From Octopus bimaculoides (lineage: Eukaryota), in contig NC_068997.1 in the NCBI RefSeq assembly GCF_001194135.2, positions 35,515,610 to 35,579,609 of the forward strand: a stretch of DNA of 64,000 bases. The letters run 5' to 3'. Position numbers and translations under genes: made by a program. Positions within the stretch are counted from its first letter, which is position 1, and every line of letters begins with the position of its first letter. Shown piece after piece: positions 1 to 11,904 of this stretch. The notes under the pieces are model-generated. The model made no database searches. It was given only the letters and a program-made list of their open reading frames with translations, and had not been told where the DNA came from.

Positions 1-110
1 AAATTGACCTCAGCGGAATTTGAACTCAGAATGTAGCGGTAGACGAAATACCACTAAGCATTTCGCCCGGTGTGCTAACGTTTCTGCCAGCTCACCGCCT
101 TACACCTATT
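1..110 (-). mobile_element. tRNA-derived SINE (family A), 5' part; truncated by window edge
   Basis: Reverse complement reads aggcggtgagctggcagaaacgttagc...gagttcaaattccgctgagg (Pol III A/B-box-like). Same family as 28358-28577. Confidence 0.8.
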
Positions 111-329
111 GCTGCCTCTCTATTTCTCTATCACAATCTAACCTTTCATCTTCTGATACTGGATCACCTCCTCCAATGCTCCCTCCATCATAACAAGACA
201 CCTGATTTTATCTCTCTGTCTCTTTGTCACCCTCTAACCTTTCATCCTCTGACAAGAGTTCTCCTTCTCAAATGCCCCTGCCCCTCTCATAATTCCTTGT
301 CTTGCAAGTTACTTTTTGACCCTACCAGT

Positions 330-615
330 CCTGGTGCCACATGAAAGCATCCAGTCCACACTGTAAAGTGGTTAGCATTTGGAAGGGCATCCAGCTGTTA
401 AAAAAATGCCAAAACTAACCTTGCTTCTGCTAGTGCCTCACAAAAAGCACTGAGTCCACTCTGCAGAGTGGTTGGTGTTAGGAAGGGCATCCAGCCATAA
501 AAATACTGCCAAAACAGACATGGTAGTGTAGCGTAGTTTTTCTACCTGACCAGCTCCTGTGAACTGTCCTACCCATGCATGCATGGAAGATGGATGTTAA
601 GCGATGACAGTGATG
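330..615 (+). mobile_element. RTE LINE 3' tail fragment (old copy)
   Basis: Contains ggttggtgttaggaagggcatccagc twice and cccatgcatgcatggaagatggatgttaagcgatga, the tail seen on all RTE copies in the window. Confidence 0.7.
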
Positions 616-2589
616 AATTATGGACCTCTACTTATCCCAACAGTTAGGATAAGTTGATGAGAAAAGGGACTGATTGTAGGAAGCCCATATGCATGGTAGC
701 ATCATTGCTGACAATGATAGCCCCATTATAGTAACTGATTCCACTGGTTGTTTCAAGAAATACCTGGATGGATATATTGATGTACACGAAAGCTATGACT
801 ATGATTCATGAAGAATATTTCAAGAATTTGTGTAGTGAAAATTATCTCAATATTTATTTATGTCGCATTTTTCTTAACTATAGTACTATTAGTAATATGT
901 TTTCAGCTGGCTAGTTACTAGTTTACTACATTTATGATAGCAACAGAGCTAAAGGAGTATGTGTAATTAATACAAGTTATTATTATTTTTTTTTTTTTTT
1001 GCAAATTTATATAAGCAAAAGATATATACATACATGTGATAAATTCCATACAGTTTCTTTTTGACAAATTCAGCTCCATACTTCCATCATTCCCAGTCTA
1101 TAGTAGAAGACATTGACATTTAGTGTTGCACAGTGAAATCAAAACTAAACCCTTTGACCAGAAAGTAAGCATCTTAACTACACAGACATGCTCGCATCCT
1201 TTAAAACATGAATTTCAAAAAGCTACCCATCCAGCTGGTTATATACAACTCTAGTGGNNNNNNNNNNNNNNNNNNNNNNNNNNNNNNNNNNNNNNNNNNN
1301 NNNNNNNNNNNNNNNNNNNNNNNNNNNNNNNNNNNNNNNNNNNNNNNNNNNNNNNNNNNNNNNNNNNNNNNNNNNNNNNNNNNNNNNNNNNNNNNNNNNN
1401 NNNNNNNNNNNNNNNAGAAATGTGTCACTTTACAAAAAAAAGTGGGTGGAGTTAAAAGAACTTCCAGTTAGCAATGGTTGAGTCCTATTTTGATAGGGAG
1501 CTGATAGAATAGTATAATAGACATCAGGATATTTCTTAGAACAACCTGCTGCAAACTACTGACCAAGTTTGCAGATGGTACAGGGCGCCAGTTAACCAGT
1601 CAGTGATCTGGTTGTAACTAGAGTTATAATAATTTAATAACAGTCTCTGAAAAAAAAAAAAGTAACAAATTTTAAATTAGGAGGCTAATGGAGGAGGCAA
1701 GGAATTTTCTGAATAAGTGCAATGTGTATTTGGAATGAAGCTAGTGCACTTGCCCTCAGTCAAAAATGCAAGAGGGTTGGAGGATAAACATGAGTGAGAT
1801 AAGAAAAACCTATGCAAAATGAAACCGACAGACAGAGGAGGATTGAATTAACTTGAATAAAACACAGTTTGTATCACATTAGCCATATTCCTAGTAAGAC
1901 ATACATGAAAAGATTTAACTGACAACTTTATATTGAATTCCATAGTCTAGTGGGTGCTGGTTAAACTAAGTATAGCTGAATATTAGCATTGTACAAAGAT
2001 GCTGTAAGCAACATAAGGATTGGCAACAAATTTAGCAGAGAATTAAGTGCATTAGTCGATGTCTAGTAGGGCTTTGTCTTCAGTCTCTGACTGTTCAAAT
2101 CAAAGTGGTCAAAATGCCAATACTATCTGAGGACTAGCTAATGGTGTAGAATGGACTTCAATATTGTGTACTCAGCATAAGGAAAAGGTATAGTAAATAT
2201 GTGGCAGGCTGAGAGGAAGGCAAGATTGCAAATGTGAATATTGTACAGTAGGAGTACCCATGAAATGAAATCCATAAATGCATAGATGACTTAACAGAGG
2301 TAGTACAACAATGTTACTTAAATAACATAATTAGTACTGGAGAGTTGATTTAGTGAAATGTACAGAATAAGTAAAAAGTGGATACAAGTTCAGGAAGCTG
2401 TCTGTTGTCTACAAAAGTGTAGAAATTGAAGAAAACTTGTGTGAGAGAGAGAGTTTCTAAATAGCACATACAGCAACTAAGTAACCAATATACACAATAT
2501 AGACAAAACTTAAAATCTCAGTATATACCAAACAATACAGGTGTAAAAAGATGGTTGATTCTTAGAGTTGATAAAAAGAATAAACATTT

Positions 2590-3815
2590 GTAAGGTGCAT
2601 TCCAGAAGTTTTGAGACCTTATTTTTTTAGGAGTGACAATTATAACTGTCCTAGATTATTGTAATTTTAATGTATCATTATTATACATGTAATAAGTTTA
2701 CCTGCCAACATTTTTATTTCAGTTTGAAGGAACAGCTATAATAGCACTTTGAACACACCCTACTAAATACTGCTTGTCACAGATGACTAGTTTGCAGAAT
2801 GCTGTCAGGATGTGAAAGCAATTTGGAAGCTTGCTTTGCTATAAAGTTTTATGTTAAACTGGGTAAAATCACTACAGAAACTTATGAAATATCCCTGATT
2901 GCAAGCACCTGTTTTTTCATTGGCACAAGAGGTTCAAGAGTAGTAGACAGGAGTTGAGAGAGGATGAGAGGTGTAGAAGGGAGGGGGATGTCAAAACATC
3001 AAAACTGGTTGAAAAGATTTGAAATTTTCTGGATGAAACAGTCATGTGTCTGTAAAGACAATAAGCATATAATTTCCAGTTGGTATGGCAACTCTACACT
3101 AAATCATTCTCGAAGATTTGGACATGCACAAAACTTCTGCTAAGTTTGTTCCCAGTGTGCTCAGTAATGAACAAAAGGAAAGATGCATTAGTGGTAGCAG
3201 GAAATGGTTGAGCTAATTATCTCCAATCCAAGAGTACTTGAGTCTCTGGTAACCTGTGACAGATGTTAGATCTACTTTTATGATTCAGAAACCAAGGGAC
3301 AGGCTGCATTGTGGCTCCTCCAGACCCACTAGGAAGCTCATGACGCTCCCACTTTTTGACAGTAAGGTCATTATCTATATCCACTGAATTCCCTCTGGCC
3401 AGACAGTAAAGAAAGAGCACCTTGTAACAGTTTTGAGGGAGCTCAGGAAGAGATTTTGTCACAAATGATCTAAGCTCTTCCACTCAGGTCTATGAAACCT
3501 GCACAAGACAATGCACCAGTCCACTGTTCCATCCTAGTAACCAACTACTTGACAGAGATGGGCATCAAAACTGTCTCTCACTCTCTACAGTCCAGACATT
3601 GCTCACTGTGACTTTTGGTGGTTCCCCAAGCTGAAGGAGAACCTCAAGGGCAGTCATTTTGAAAACCTTGAGAAGATGGAGGGGGCTCACACCTTTCACT
3701 TGAAAGGACTTCCATGGGGCCTTCATGAAGTGCTACAACAAATGCATTTGAAGAAGATTAGAGTATTGTACTTCTTTGAAATTAATAAGTCTCTCTTGAA
3801 AAGTCTCAAACCTTT
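2590..3815 (+). mobile_element. Degenerate mariner (DD34D) transposon
   Basis: Frameshifted fragments FAIKFYVKLGK, FFHWHKRFK, SAKFVP, LVTCD, HQDNAPVH and YSPDIAHCDFWWFPKLK. Remnant inverted ends: ttttgagac near 2605 and gtctcaaa near 3805. Confidence 0.85.
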
Positions 3816-3976
3816 GGTATATATCAATAGTTATGATTTTAAAATAATCACTGCTAAATGTATATTTGAATTAAATTAAGCACTGAAAATTTTGGTGGTT
3901 ATATTTGTTTTGTGGTTGAATGCATTTTGCTGTATATTCTTATATGACATATATTTATATATTTTTTCTTCTCTAG

Positions 3977-4159
3977 ATGAGATATCCAAATGATGATAAG
4001 TTTCGTGGATTCAACAGCAAAGTTCAGTTTTCTGGTCCACATGTTCTGGAAGGCTTGCGTGATATGATCGAAACAGAAAAAATTAAACACACACTTCCTG
4101 CTTACCTATCACAGCTGCTAATTCTTGGAAGAGACCATATAATTTTAGGATGCAACTAA
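3977..4159 (+). CDS. CENPN: Terminal coding exon of a probable centromere protein N (CENP-N/Chl4) gene
   Basis: Polypyrimidine tract plus AG acceptor (ttttttcttctctag, AG at 3975-3976), open frame to TAA, and AATAAA at 4158-4163. The peptide KVQFSGPHVLEGLRDMIETEKIKHTLPAYL matches my recollection of the CENP-N C-terminus (human FSSPHLLEALKSL, yeast Chl4 F.G.DVFAGL...VPGWL). Upstream exons not seen. Confidence 0.65.
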   Translation: MRYPNDDKFRGFNSKVQFSGPHVLEGLRDMIETEKIKHTLPAYLSQLLILGRDHIILGCN

Positions 4160-4359
4160 TAAAGATGTTTGTAGCTATAAACTATTAAACACACTCACAC
4201 ACAGACATATACTTATAAAAAATGTATGTATACAGATATACATGTGTGTGTGCCTGTGGGTAGATTGGTGTGTGTATTTCTACATACACATGTATATATG
4301 TATTTGTGTGCATGTATATATTAGTATGTGTAGGTGAGTATGCATGTATGTATCATCAT

Positions 4360-4571
4360 TATCATTTTAACATCTACTTTCTCTTGCTTGCATGGGTTGG
4401 ATAGAGTTTATTGAAGCAGAATTTCTACATCCAGATGCTTTTTCTCACCTGTTTCCAAGTCAAGTAATATTGCCTCATAGCCAGACATGTTTTTAGCAGA
4501 ATGTTGGAAATGAATGTCATTCATTTACAACAATCATGCAATATCAAGACAAAGAGACACAAACACACATA

Positions 4572-4624
<53 letters not shown>

Positions 4625-4735
4625 GCATTTTCCAAATCCCACTCAGAAGGCTTTGGTTGACCTGGGACTATAGCTGGAGACACTTGCCTAAGGTGCCTTA
4701 CAGTGGAACTGAGTCCCAAACTCTATGATTGGGAA
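4360..4735 (-). mobile_element. Old composite SINE (tRNA/CORE-like head, (GT)n, RTE-like tail)
   Basis: catcat tail, then a ttgcatgggttgg RTE-tail remnant, a (CA)n tract and an acacttgcctaaggtgcc CORE-like segment. Similar copy at 16025-16440. Confidence 0.6.
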
Positions 4736-5382
4736 ACATATGTGTGTGTGTATCTTTGTTCATTCACTTAAAAAATGAAATGTTCTTAAAAATGGCAATG
4801 AGAAGCTTGGAGTAAACTGAAAAACAGGTTTAATGTTGTTCTTATATACTTGTGTATGTGTATACATTATATGGCATAATAAAAGAAAAACATGAGACCT
4901 TGTTGATGTAATGAAAATTACTTTATTCAAGGCTTATTGTCAAATCATCAGAGATGTGTAACTTTTACATGTAACTTGATTGGACTGAAAAATGTTGACA
5001 GAATTTACCATCTCCATGACAGTAAACTTGCTGTCTCCATGATGGGGGAATTCTGTCATCCAATAATGTTAAGTATAAAAGTTATGCATCTGACGATTTG
5101 ACAGCAAGACTTGATAATGTACTTTGCATTATATAATTAATAATGCCTCTATGTTAATGGATCATATATAAGATAGTGGACCTAAATATCTTTCAAATAA
5201 TCTCTCATTTTTGTTGTTTTCCACATATATTTAGTAGAACACTCAAACCCAGATTCCATACCAAGGGATACAATTACAATACATGAACAGAAATATAAAT
5301 GGTGTTCTAAATACTGGTTATCTGTTACAAAATTTAAGGTTTGAATTGCACTAGATGAATGTATATGTGTGTGTGTAATCAT

Positions 5383-5416
<34 letters not shown>

Positions 5417-5417
5417 T

Positions 5418-5664
5418 TTTATCTTTTACTTGTTTCAGTCATTTAACTGCAGCCATGCTGGTGCATCACCTTGAACATTTTAGTCAAACATATCAACCCC
5501 AGGAAATATTCTTAAGCCTAGTACATATTCTGTCAGTCTTTTTTGCCAAACCACTAAGTTATGGGGATGTAAGTGCACCAACACCGGTTGTTAAGCAGTG
5601 ATGGAAGACAAACACAGAGAGAAAAATACGCACACACACACATACACACACACACATACATATA

Positions 5665-5696
<32 letters not shown>

Positions 5697-5965
5697 ATCA
5701 TAAATATACAGGGATTAGCATTGAGTTGCTTCTCCAACATACTAAAAATTTAGAAATAGCAGTCAAAGAACTACTTGATTCTAAACTACAAATTTTTCTC
5801 TAAACTGATGGCGATATTTATGGCACACATAGAACATACATACATATATACATATATACATATATACATGCATACAATAGCCTTCTTTCAGTTCCCATCT
5901 ACCAAATCCAGTCAAAAGCTTTGATCAGGTGAGGCTATTGAAAACACTTGCCCAAGGTACCACAC
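5418..5965 (-). mobile_element. tRNA/CORE-like SINE (family B)
   Basis: Tail ttttacttgtttcagtcatttaactgcagccatgctgg, internal (CA)/(TA) microsatellite, then acacttgcccaaggtacc. Confidence 0.8.
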
Positions 5966-6443
5966 AGCCATGTCTGCACCTTTTTTTTTTTTTAATCTAC
6001 ATACATGTGCAGCACTTTTTGTGTGGCAGATTTTCTACAGCCAGATACCCTTCCTGTCACCAGCCTCCACTTGTTTCCAAGTGTGGTAGTGTTTTCCCTC
6101 CTCTTTGTTAGGAAGCACAAGCACTTTCACTCACATACATGATGGTAATATTAGCCTACCAAATCTTTTGTCAGCCTGTGACATTTTATTCTATTAATAT
6201 TTATATTCATAGAATGTATTTCCCATATTGTAATGAAACACGTGTAACAAGGAATTAAAATGATACCATATATTCTAATCTTTGTTTTAATGCATACTTG
6301 GTCTGCAAGCTCACCAGGTATCTCAACTTCATTTAAAATAAAACATCTACTTACATTCATTTTGATTACTGGAATACACAGATGTGCTTCGCTAGAATAC
6401 AGCTTGGATTATATTCCCTTATTTATATATATATATATATATA

Positions 6444-6589
6444 TAGTTGAAATTTACAGTAAAACAAAAGACAAAGACAGGTGTATGAACAACAAGCAGG
6501 TGTATTAGTTTACTCCGGAAAATGAGAAAGTCTTTTATGTTTCAAGCCTATGCTCTTCAGCAGAAAGGAATATGAGGAAATAAACAGAG
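6444..6589 (-). repeat. PLE pseudo-LTR fragment with minimal hammerhead-like motif (6532-6567)
   Basis: Minus strand reads CTTT CTGCTGA A GAGC ATAG GCTT GAAAC ATA AAAG. It is an inverted copy of 6992-7140. Confidence 0.65.
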
Positions 6590-6934
6590 CGCCTTTAGTC
6601 AAACAAATTGACCCCAGGACTTATTCTTTTTAAACCTAGTACTTATTCTATTAGTCATTTTTGCCGAACCGCTAAGTTACGGGACATAAACACACCAACA
6701 TCGGTCATCGGTGGGTGGGACAGATGCACAAACATAGACACACACACACACACACACATACATATATATACAATGGGCTTCTTTCAGTTTCCGTCTACCA
6801 AATCCATTCACAAGGCTTTGGTCGGCTTGAGGCTAAAATAGAAGACACTTGCCCGAGGTGTCAGGCAGTGGGACTGAACCCAAAACCATGTGGTTGGTAA
6901 GCAAGTTACTTACCACACAGCTACTCCTGCACCT
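6590..6934 (-). mobile_element. SINE family B, intact 5' head, 3' tail missing
   Basis: Head ends ...cacacagctactcctgcacct. The body stops at actaaaggcg, where other copies continue gtgctccagcatggcc...aagtaaaag. Confidence 0.85.
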
Positions 6935-7140
6935 CTCTGTCTGGCCATTGCCATGATTGACCGCTAGCCACTAAAGCTTTTTTTATTCTCTCTCTGTTTA
7001 TTTTCTCATGTTCCTTTCTGTTGAAGAGCGTATGCTCGAAACGTGAAAGACTTTCTCACCTTCCCGAGTGTTAAACTAATACACCTGGTTGTTGTTTATA
7101 AACCTGTCTTTGTCTTTTGATTTTTTGTAAATTCCAACTA
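6935..7140 (+). repeat. PLE pseudo-LTR fragment with minimal hammerhead-like motif (7014-7049)
   Basis: CTTT CTGTTGA A GAGC GTAT GCTC GAAAC GTG AAAG: stem I cttt/aaag, stem II gagc/gctc, palindromic acgt stem III. Confidence 0.65.
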
Positions 7141-7914
7141 TATATATATACATACAGGGTGCATAAGATATTTGAGGACAGATTTATGTTTATAAGAAAA
7201 ATAGATGTGTAATAACGGATAATACCATTTTATCAAAAATGCTATGAGGACAAAAATAAACCTTTTCTATAATGTTATTGAATACAGCCAACTTCAGCTT
7301 CAATAACTGCTTTTATACAAGATCTAAATCGTCTACATGCTCAAATCAAGTGGTCCTGGTTCATTTTGGACATTATTCTGACTATGGCAGATTTCAAAAA
7401 ATATTGGTGTTATGGGTGCATTCATTGACTAATCTCTCAACAACACTCCACACGTAATGGGCCAATGGATTGAGATCTGGAAAATTAAGAGGTCATGTGT
7501 TAGGGGTTATGTGATCATGAATATTTTCAACCATCCATTCCTGCATTCCATATGCCTTATGTGATGGTGCAGAGTTTGCTAAAGTACATATGGCTGGCCT
7601 TCCATTGTGTACATTGTCTATCCAGAGCTTAACAACTGTTTCCAGAACCTTAATGTCAGTGGCAGAGTTAACCTTAAGGCCTCGTGGAAAAAATTAAGGA
7701 CGCATCATGTTATGTCTCACTGACTGACACTATTTATTAGTAGTGGACCAGCCCACTTCTCACCTGGGGTCTCCATCACAACACCTCCCCACATTGAGAT
7801 TTTTTTTTCAACACAGCATTTTTTTATTTTTCATTACTTTTTCTTGCAACCAGAACCACTTTTCTTCTTTTTTAGATTTTTTTCTTGTTCCACGCAGAAT
7901 TATATTTCTTCTCT

Positions 7915-8110
7915 TTTATACTTTTACTTGCTTCAGTCATTTGACTGTGGCCATGCTGGAGCACCACCTTTAGTCGATTAAGCTGGCTCCAGGACTTATT
8001 CTTTGTAAGCTTAGTACTTATTCTATCGGTTTCTTTTTGCCAAACTGCTAAGTGACAGGGACATAAACACACCATCATTTGTCAAGCAATAGTGAGGGGA
8101 CAAACACGAA
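7915..8110 (-). mobile_element. SINE family B, 3' half
   Basis: ttttacttgcttcagtcatttgactgtggccatgctggagcaccacc...gggacaaacac. Confidence 0.8.
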
Positions 8111-8122
8111 CAACAAACACAC

Positions 8123-8153
<31 letters not shown>

Positions 8154-8204
8154 TAAGTACCTACCTATATGTACATTCCTACATATACATGTATATATAC
8201 ATGC

Positions 8205-9030
8205 ATATATGGGTAAAGGACGTCAAAAACACGAGCAAAATGAGAAACGAGAACATAAAAAACAAAAACATAGAAAACGAAATTTTTTCGAACAACGAAA
8301 GAAACAAATAGAGAAACGAGACAGGCAGCATAAAGAACATTCCCTTCATCAGTTGTTCCGTTTTATCTACTCCACGTTTCGAAGGTACATACATATATAT
8401 ATATCTATATATATATATATACATATATATACATACATATATATGTGTGTGTGTGTGTGTCTCCACTAACCTGTTTTTGTTCCCAACTTTGCCTCTCCAT
8501 AAATACAAAATTTTATTTTGGAACTTATGGGAGCAACTGTCTTTGGAAGACTCATATTGTCATTGAATGCTCGAAATGAGGAGTAGACAGACAGCTANNN
8601 NNNNNNNNNNNNNNNNNNNNNNNNNNNNNNNNNNNNNNNNNNNNNNNNNNNNNNNNNNATACATGTCTCCACTATCCTGTTTTTGTTCCCGACTTTGCCT
8701 ATCCAAACATACAAAATTTTATATACATACATATATATGTGTGTGTGTGTGTGTCTCCACTAACCTGTTTTTGTTCCCAACTTTGCCTCTCCATAAATAC
8801 AAAATTTTATTTTGGAACTTATGGGAGCAACTGTCTTTGGAAGACTCATATTGTCATTGAATGCTCGAAATGAGGAGTAGACAGACAGCTAACAACTGAT
8901 GAAGGTTTTTTTTCTGTGTCACTTGTCCTGTTTTCCATATTTTCTCTTGTTACTTGCGTATTTAATTTGTTTGTTTTTGTACTTCATGTTTACACAGTTG
9001 GTGACGTCTTGTACCCATATATTCTTTTAT
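8205..9030. repeat. Two related PLE-like terminal repeats in inverted orientation; part duplicated across a gap
   Basis: 8205-8390 (atgggtaaaggacgtca...cccttcatcagttgt) is the inverse of 8860-9025 (acaactgatgaagg...gacgtcttgtacccat). 8450-8597 is repeated at 8750-8895 around an N gap. Confidence 0.55.
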
Positions 9031-9132
9031 TCTAAAAGAATATATGCATATAAATATACTTGTATATAAATATATACATGCATATAAGTATATACATGCA
9101 TATAAGTATATACATGCATATATATATATATG

Positions 9133-10048
9133 ACAAATTTTGGTTGTAGAACAAACAACAAATTTAAGGTCATCCAACTAATATATCACATCTCGAACAA
9201 TTAATCATATATAAAGAAACATAATGCTTTTACTTATACATAGAATTCGGATGCACAAAATCACAGAAGATGAAACAATGTTTCATTTAGACAGGCATAT
9301 AGAAAAAAATGAGTACAGTCTATCGCAATATAAAAAATTAATATTTCAGTGTCTGAAAATTTTTTTTACATTATAAAACCTAAAATAATAAATATATAAA
9401 CATAAAAATACATATATATAAGAAACATATAAATACATAAGGTATAGATAAAAGTTCATCGATTAAGAATTTTTTGCGATCAAAAGTTACTTTTTAAGGT
9501 AAAAAGAAACCTTTTAAGAAAAGCCGGTGTCCAAGCAAAAAAAAAAAAAAAAATACAGTCTCTGTGGCCATTTCAGGGGAAATTTCCCAAAGAAATCTCG
9601 TATTGGTATGTGGTGTTACTATTTTCCCCTGACAAAGGAGTCATTACCGTAATTCACTCTCGTGTTTTTTGTTTTTGTTATTTTTTTTGCTTGGACACCA
9701 GCTTTTCTTAAAAGGTTTCCTTTTATCTATACCTTATGTATTTATATGTTTCTTATATATACGTATTTCTATATTTATATTTTTATATATTTATTATTTT
9801 AGGTTTTATAATGTAAAAAAAATTTTTTAGACGCTGAAATATTAATTTTTTATATTGCGATAGACTGTACTCATTTTTTTCTATATGCCTGTCTAAATGA
9901 AACATTGTTTCATCTTCTGTGATTTTGTGCATCCGTATTCTATGTATAGAAAAAGCATTATGTTTCTTTATATGTGATTAATTGTTCGAGATGTGATATA
10001 TTAGTTGGATGACCTTAATTTGTTGTTTGTTCTACAACCAAAATTTGT
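9133..10048. repeat. Long near-perfect foldback (~920 bp inverted repeat)
   Basis: 9133-9465 is the reverse complement of 9721-10048 with few mismatches. A further inner stem pairs 9505-9545 with 9680-9720, and tcaggggaaa pairs with tttcccctga. Confidence 0.9.
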
Positions 10049-10204
10049 AAATTTATTATACTCGTCTCATTTACTTGAGCACTTCCCTTGCAGTCCTATT
10101 AACCCTCTTGTTCCTAATAAGAAACAATCACTGTTATTATTGAGATATATATATATATATATATAGATAATGGTGTGTAATTTTTGAAAAAAAAAAAATA
10201 TATA

Positions 10205-10370
10205 TAAGCACAGAAGTTGCTGTGGTAAGAAGCTTGCTTTCCAACCACATGGTTCTGGGTTCAGTTCCACTGCGTGGCACCTTAGGTAAGTGTCTTCTAC
10301 TATAACCTTGGGCTGACCAAAGCCTTGTGAGTGGATTTGGTAGACGGAAACTGAAAGAAGCCCGTCGTAT
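10205..10370 (+). mobile_element. SINE family B, 5' head and CORE-like segment
   Basis: gctgtggtaagaagcttgctttccaaccacatggttctgggttcagttccactgcgtggcaccttaggtaagtgtc. Confidence 0.85.
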
Positions 10371-11904
10371 ATATATATATAATATATATAATTAGTTGGA
10401 TACTTTAATATAATTTTACTCAAATACTATAATAGAGCAAGAAGAGGGGAAAAGTCCATGTTGCTACTAATGTAACTCAGAATATACTACACTTTTAAGA
10501 ACTGTATGAAGTTTGTTAGGGTCATAGCTTGTAAAGGATTGTGGTTCATTTTTAATTTATTAGTCTTTTTTATCAACTACAAAATCTAAGGCAGTGTCTG
10601 TTCAGAAGTTGGGTATGGTCATAAATATTGTCAGGATTTTAGGAAATGTATAAAGCTGGGTAGGGGAAGACTCTAAATCCAGTTAAAGGGGCAAGACGCT
10701 AATAAAACCTGATATTAATACAGAGGAAATTATCATGGGTTACAATGTGTGATTGTATATAAACAATATTGTTATGTTGTATGAAGATAAAATTTAAGAT
10801 TACTAATAATGATATTATAACCAGAAAAGATAAACTGTCTGTATATATATATATATATATATACCAATTTTCAACATCTGGAGTCTTTCCAAGGAGGTCT
10901 TGTTTAATATCCTCAATCACAAAATGGCTTGCATTTTCTATGTCCATTTTAACTTTCTTAGCAACTGGTTCGTTTTCAATTTCAGCAGATGATATCTGCC
11001 TACATTTGAAATTTTATGGCATGACTCGCTTTAAATGTATTGTTAATATTTTTTCATTTTTACTTTTCTTTTGACCAGAATTATTTTTTGTTCTACACAG
11101 AATCTTTTTTTTTTTTTTTACAAAGTGTACATTACCAAGTGTACATTATTACTGGTAGTGCTGCAACATATAGTGACCTGATTTATAAATCCTTCGAACA
11201 GGTTTATTATTTTTTTTTTTCTCTTCCACACGATTATTTTTCACTGCGTGTAGTTAAGTTCTGTGTAGTGTTCCAGTTTTATCTGACATTTTTTATTTCT
11301 TCAGGTTCTTTTTTTATATATATTTTTCAGTGTGTGCATATTACTTTTCACCATACGTAGTCCAATTCTGTGTTAACGTTTTTTTTTTTCCTTCAGAATC
11401 TTTTTTCATATATTTTTCACTGTGTGAAGTTCAATTCTGTGTTAGAATTCAAATCCTTCAAACTTTCTTTCCTCTTGAAACTTTATAGGAGCCTGCACAT
11501 AACCATCTGCCATTTTTTCTGTTAACTTTTTGATCTTGGTTGAAGTTTTTCTTGTCTGAGAAAAACAAAATCAAATCTTCTGTTTGATTTTTCAGTTAGT
11601 CTAAGGGCCTTTTAAATCTGATGTAGAGATTTCTTTTGCTTTTTTTTACTTAAATTGAACTTTCCCATCATATAAGACTTATATCTGGTGTCTTTGCTGA
11701 CATCATTTCTCATTGTTACTCCTGACACAGAGATTTTTTGCAATTGACCTCATGGTATTTCTGAGATTGTAGTCAAGGATCTGTTGAACTTGCTGTATAA
11801 ATTCAGGTTTTCTGATGATTTCAGAGTGTTTGGAATGTTTTTTTATGCTTTGATACTGGTGATAGGTTTCCATTGTTGGTCTCTAACTTCTTACGAACTT
11901 TGTA

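Noticed and set aside
1417-1480. Possible upstream CENP-N exon after the gap (RNVSLYKKKWVELKELP)
   Set aside because: The 5' end is in a gap, the donor is poor and there is no recognisable similarity.
8340-8905. GAAAC...CTGATGAAGG in permuted (type II-like) order in the 8.2-9.0 kb repeats
   Set aside because: I could not build stems I and III or a valid NUH triplet, so it is not counted as a ribozyme.
10865-10999. 135 nt phase-symmetric open segment with AG/GT ends on the minus strand (QISSAEIENEPVAKKVKMD...)
   Set aside because: The acceptor is weak, the donor runs into a (TA)n tract, there is no recognisable homology, and it lies inside an insertion nested in a transposon.
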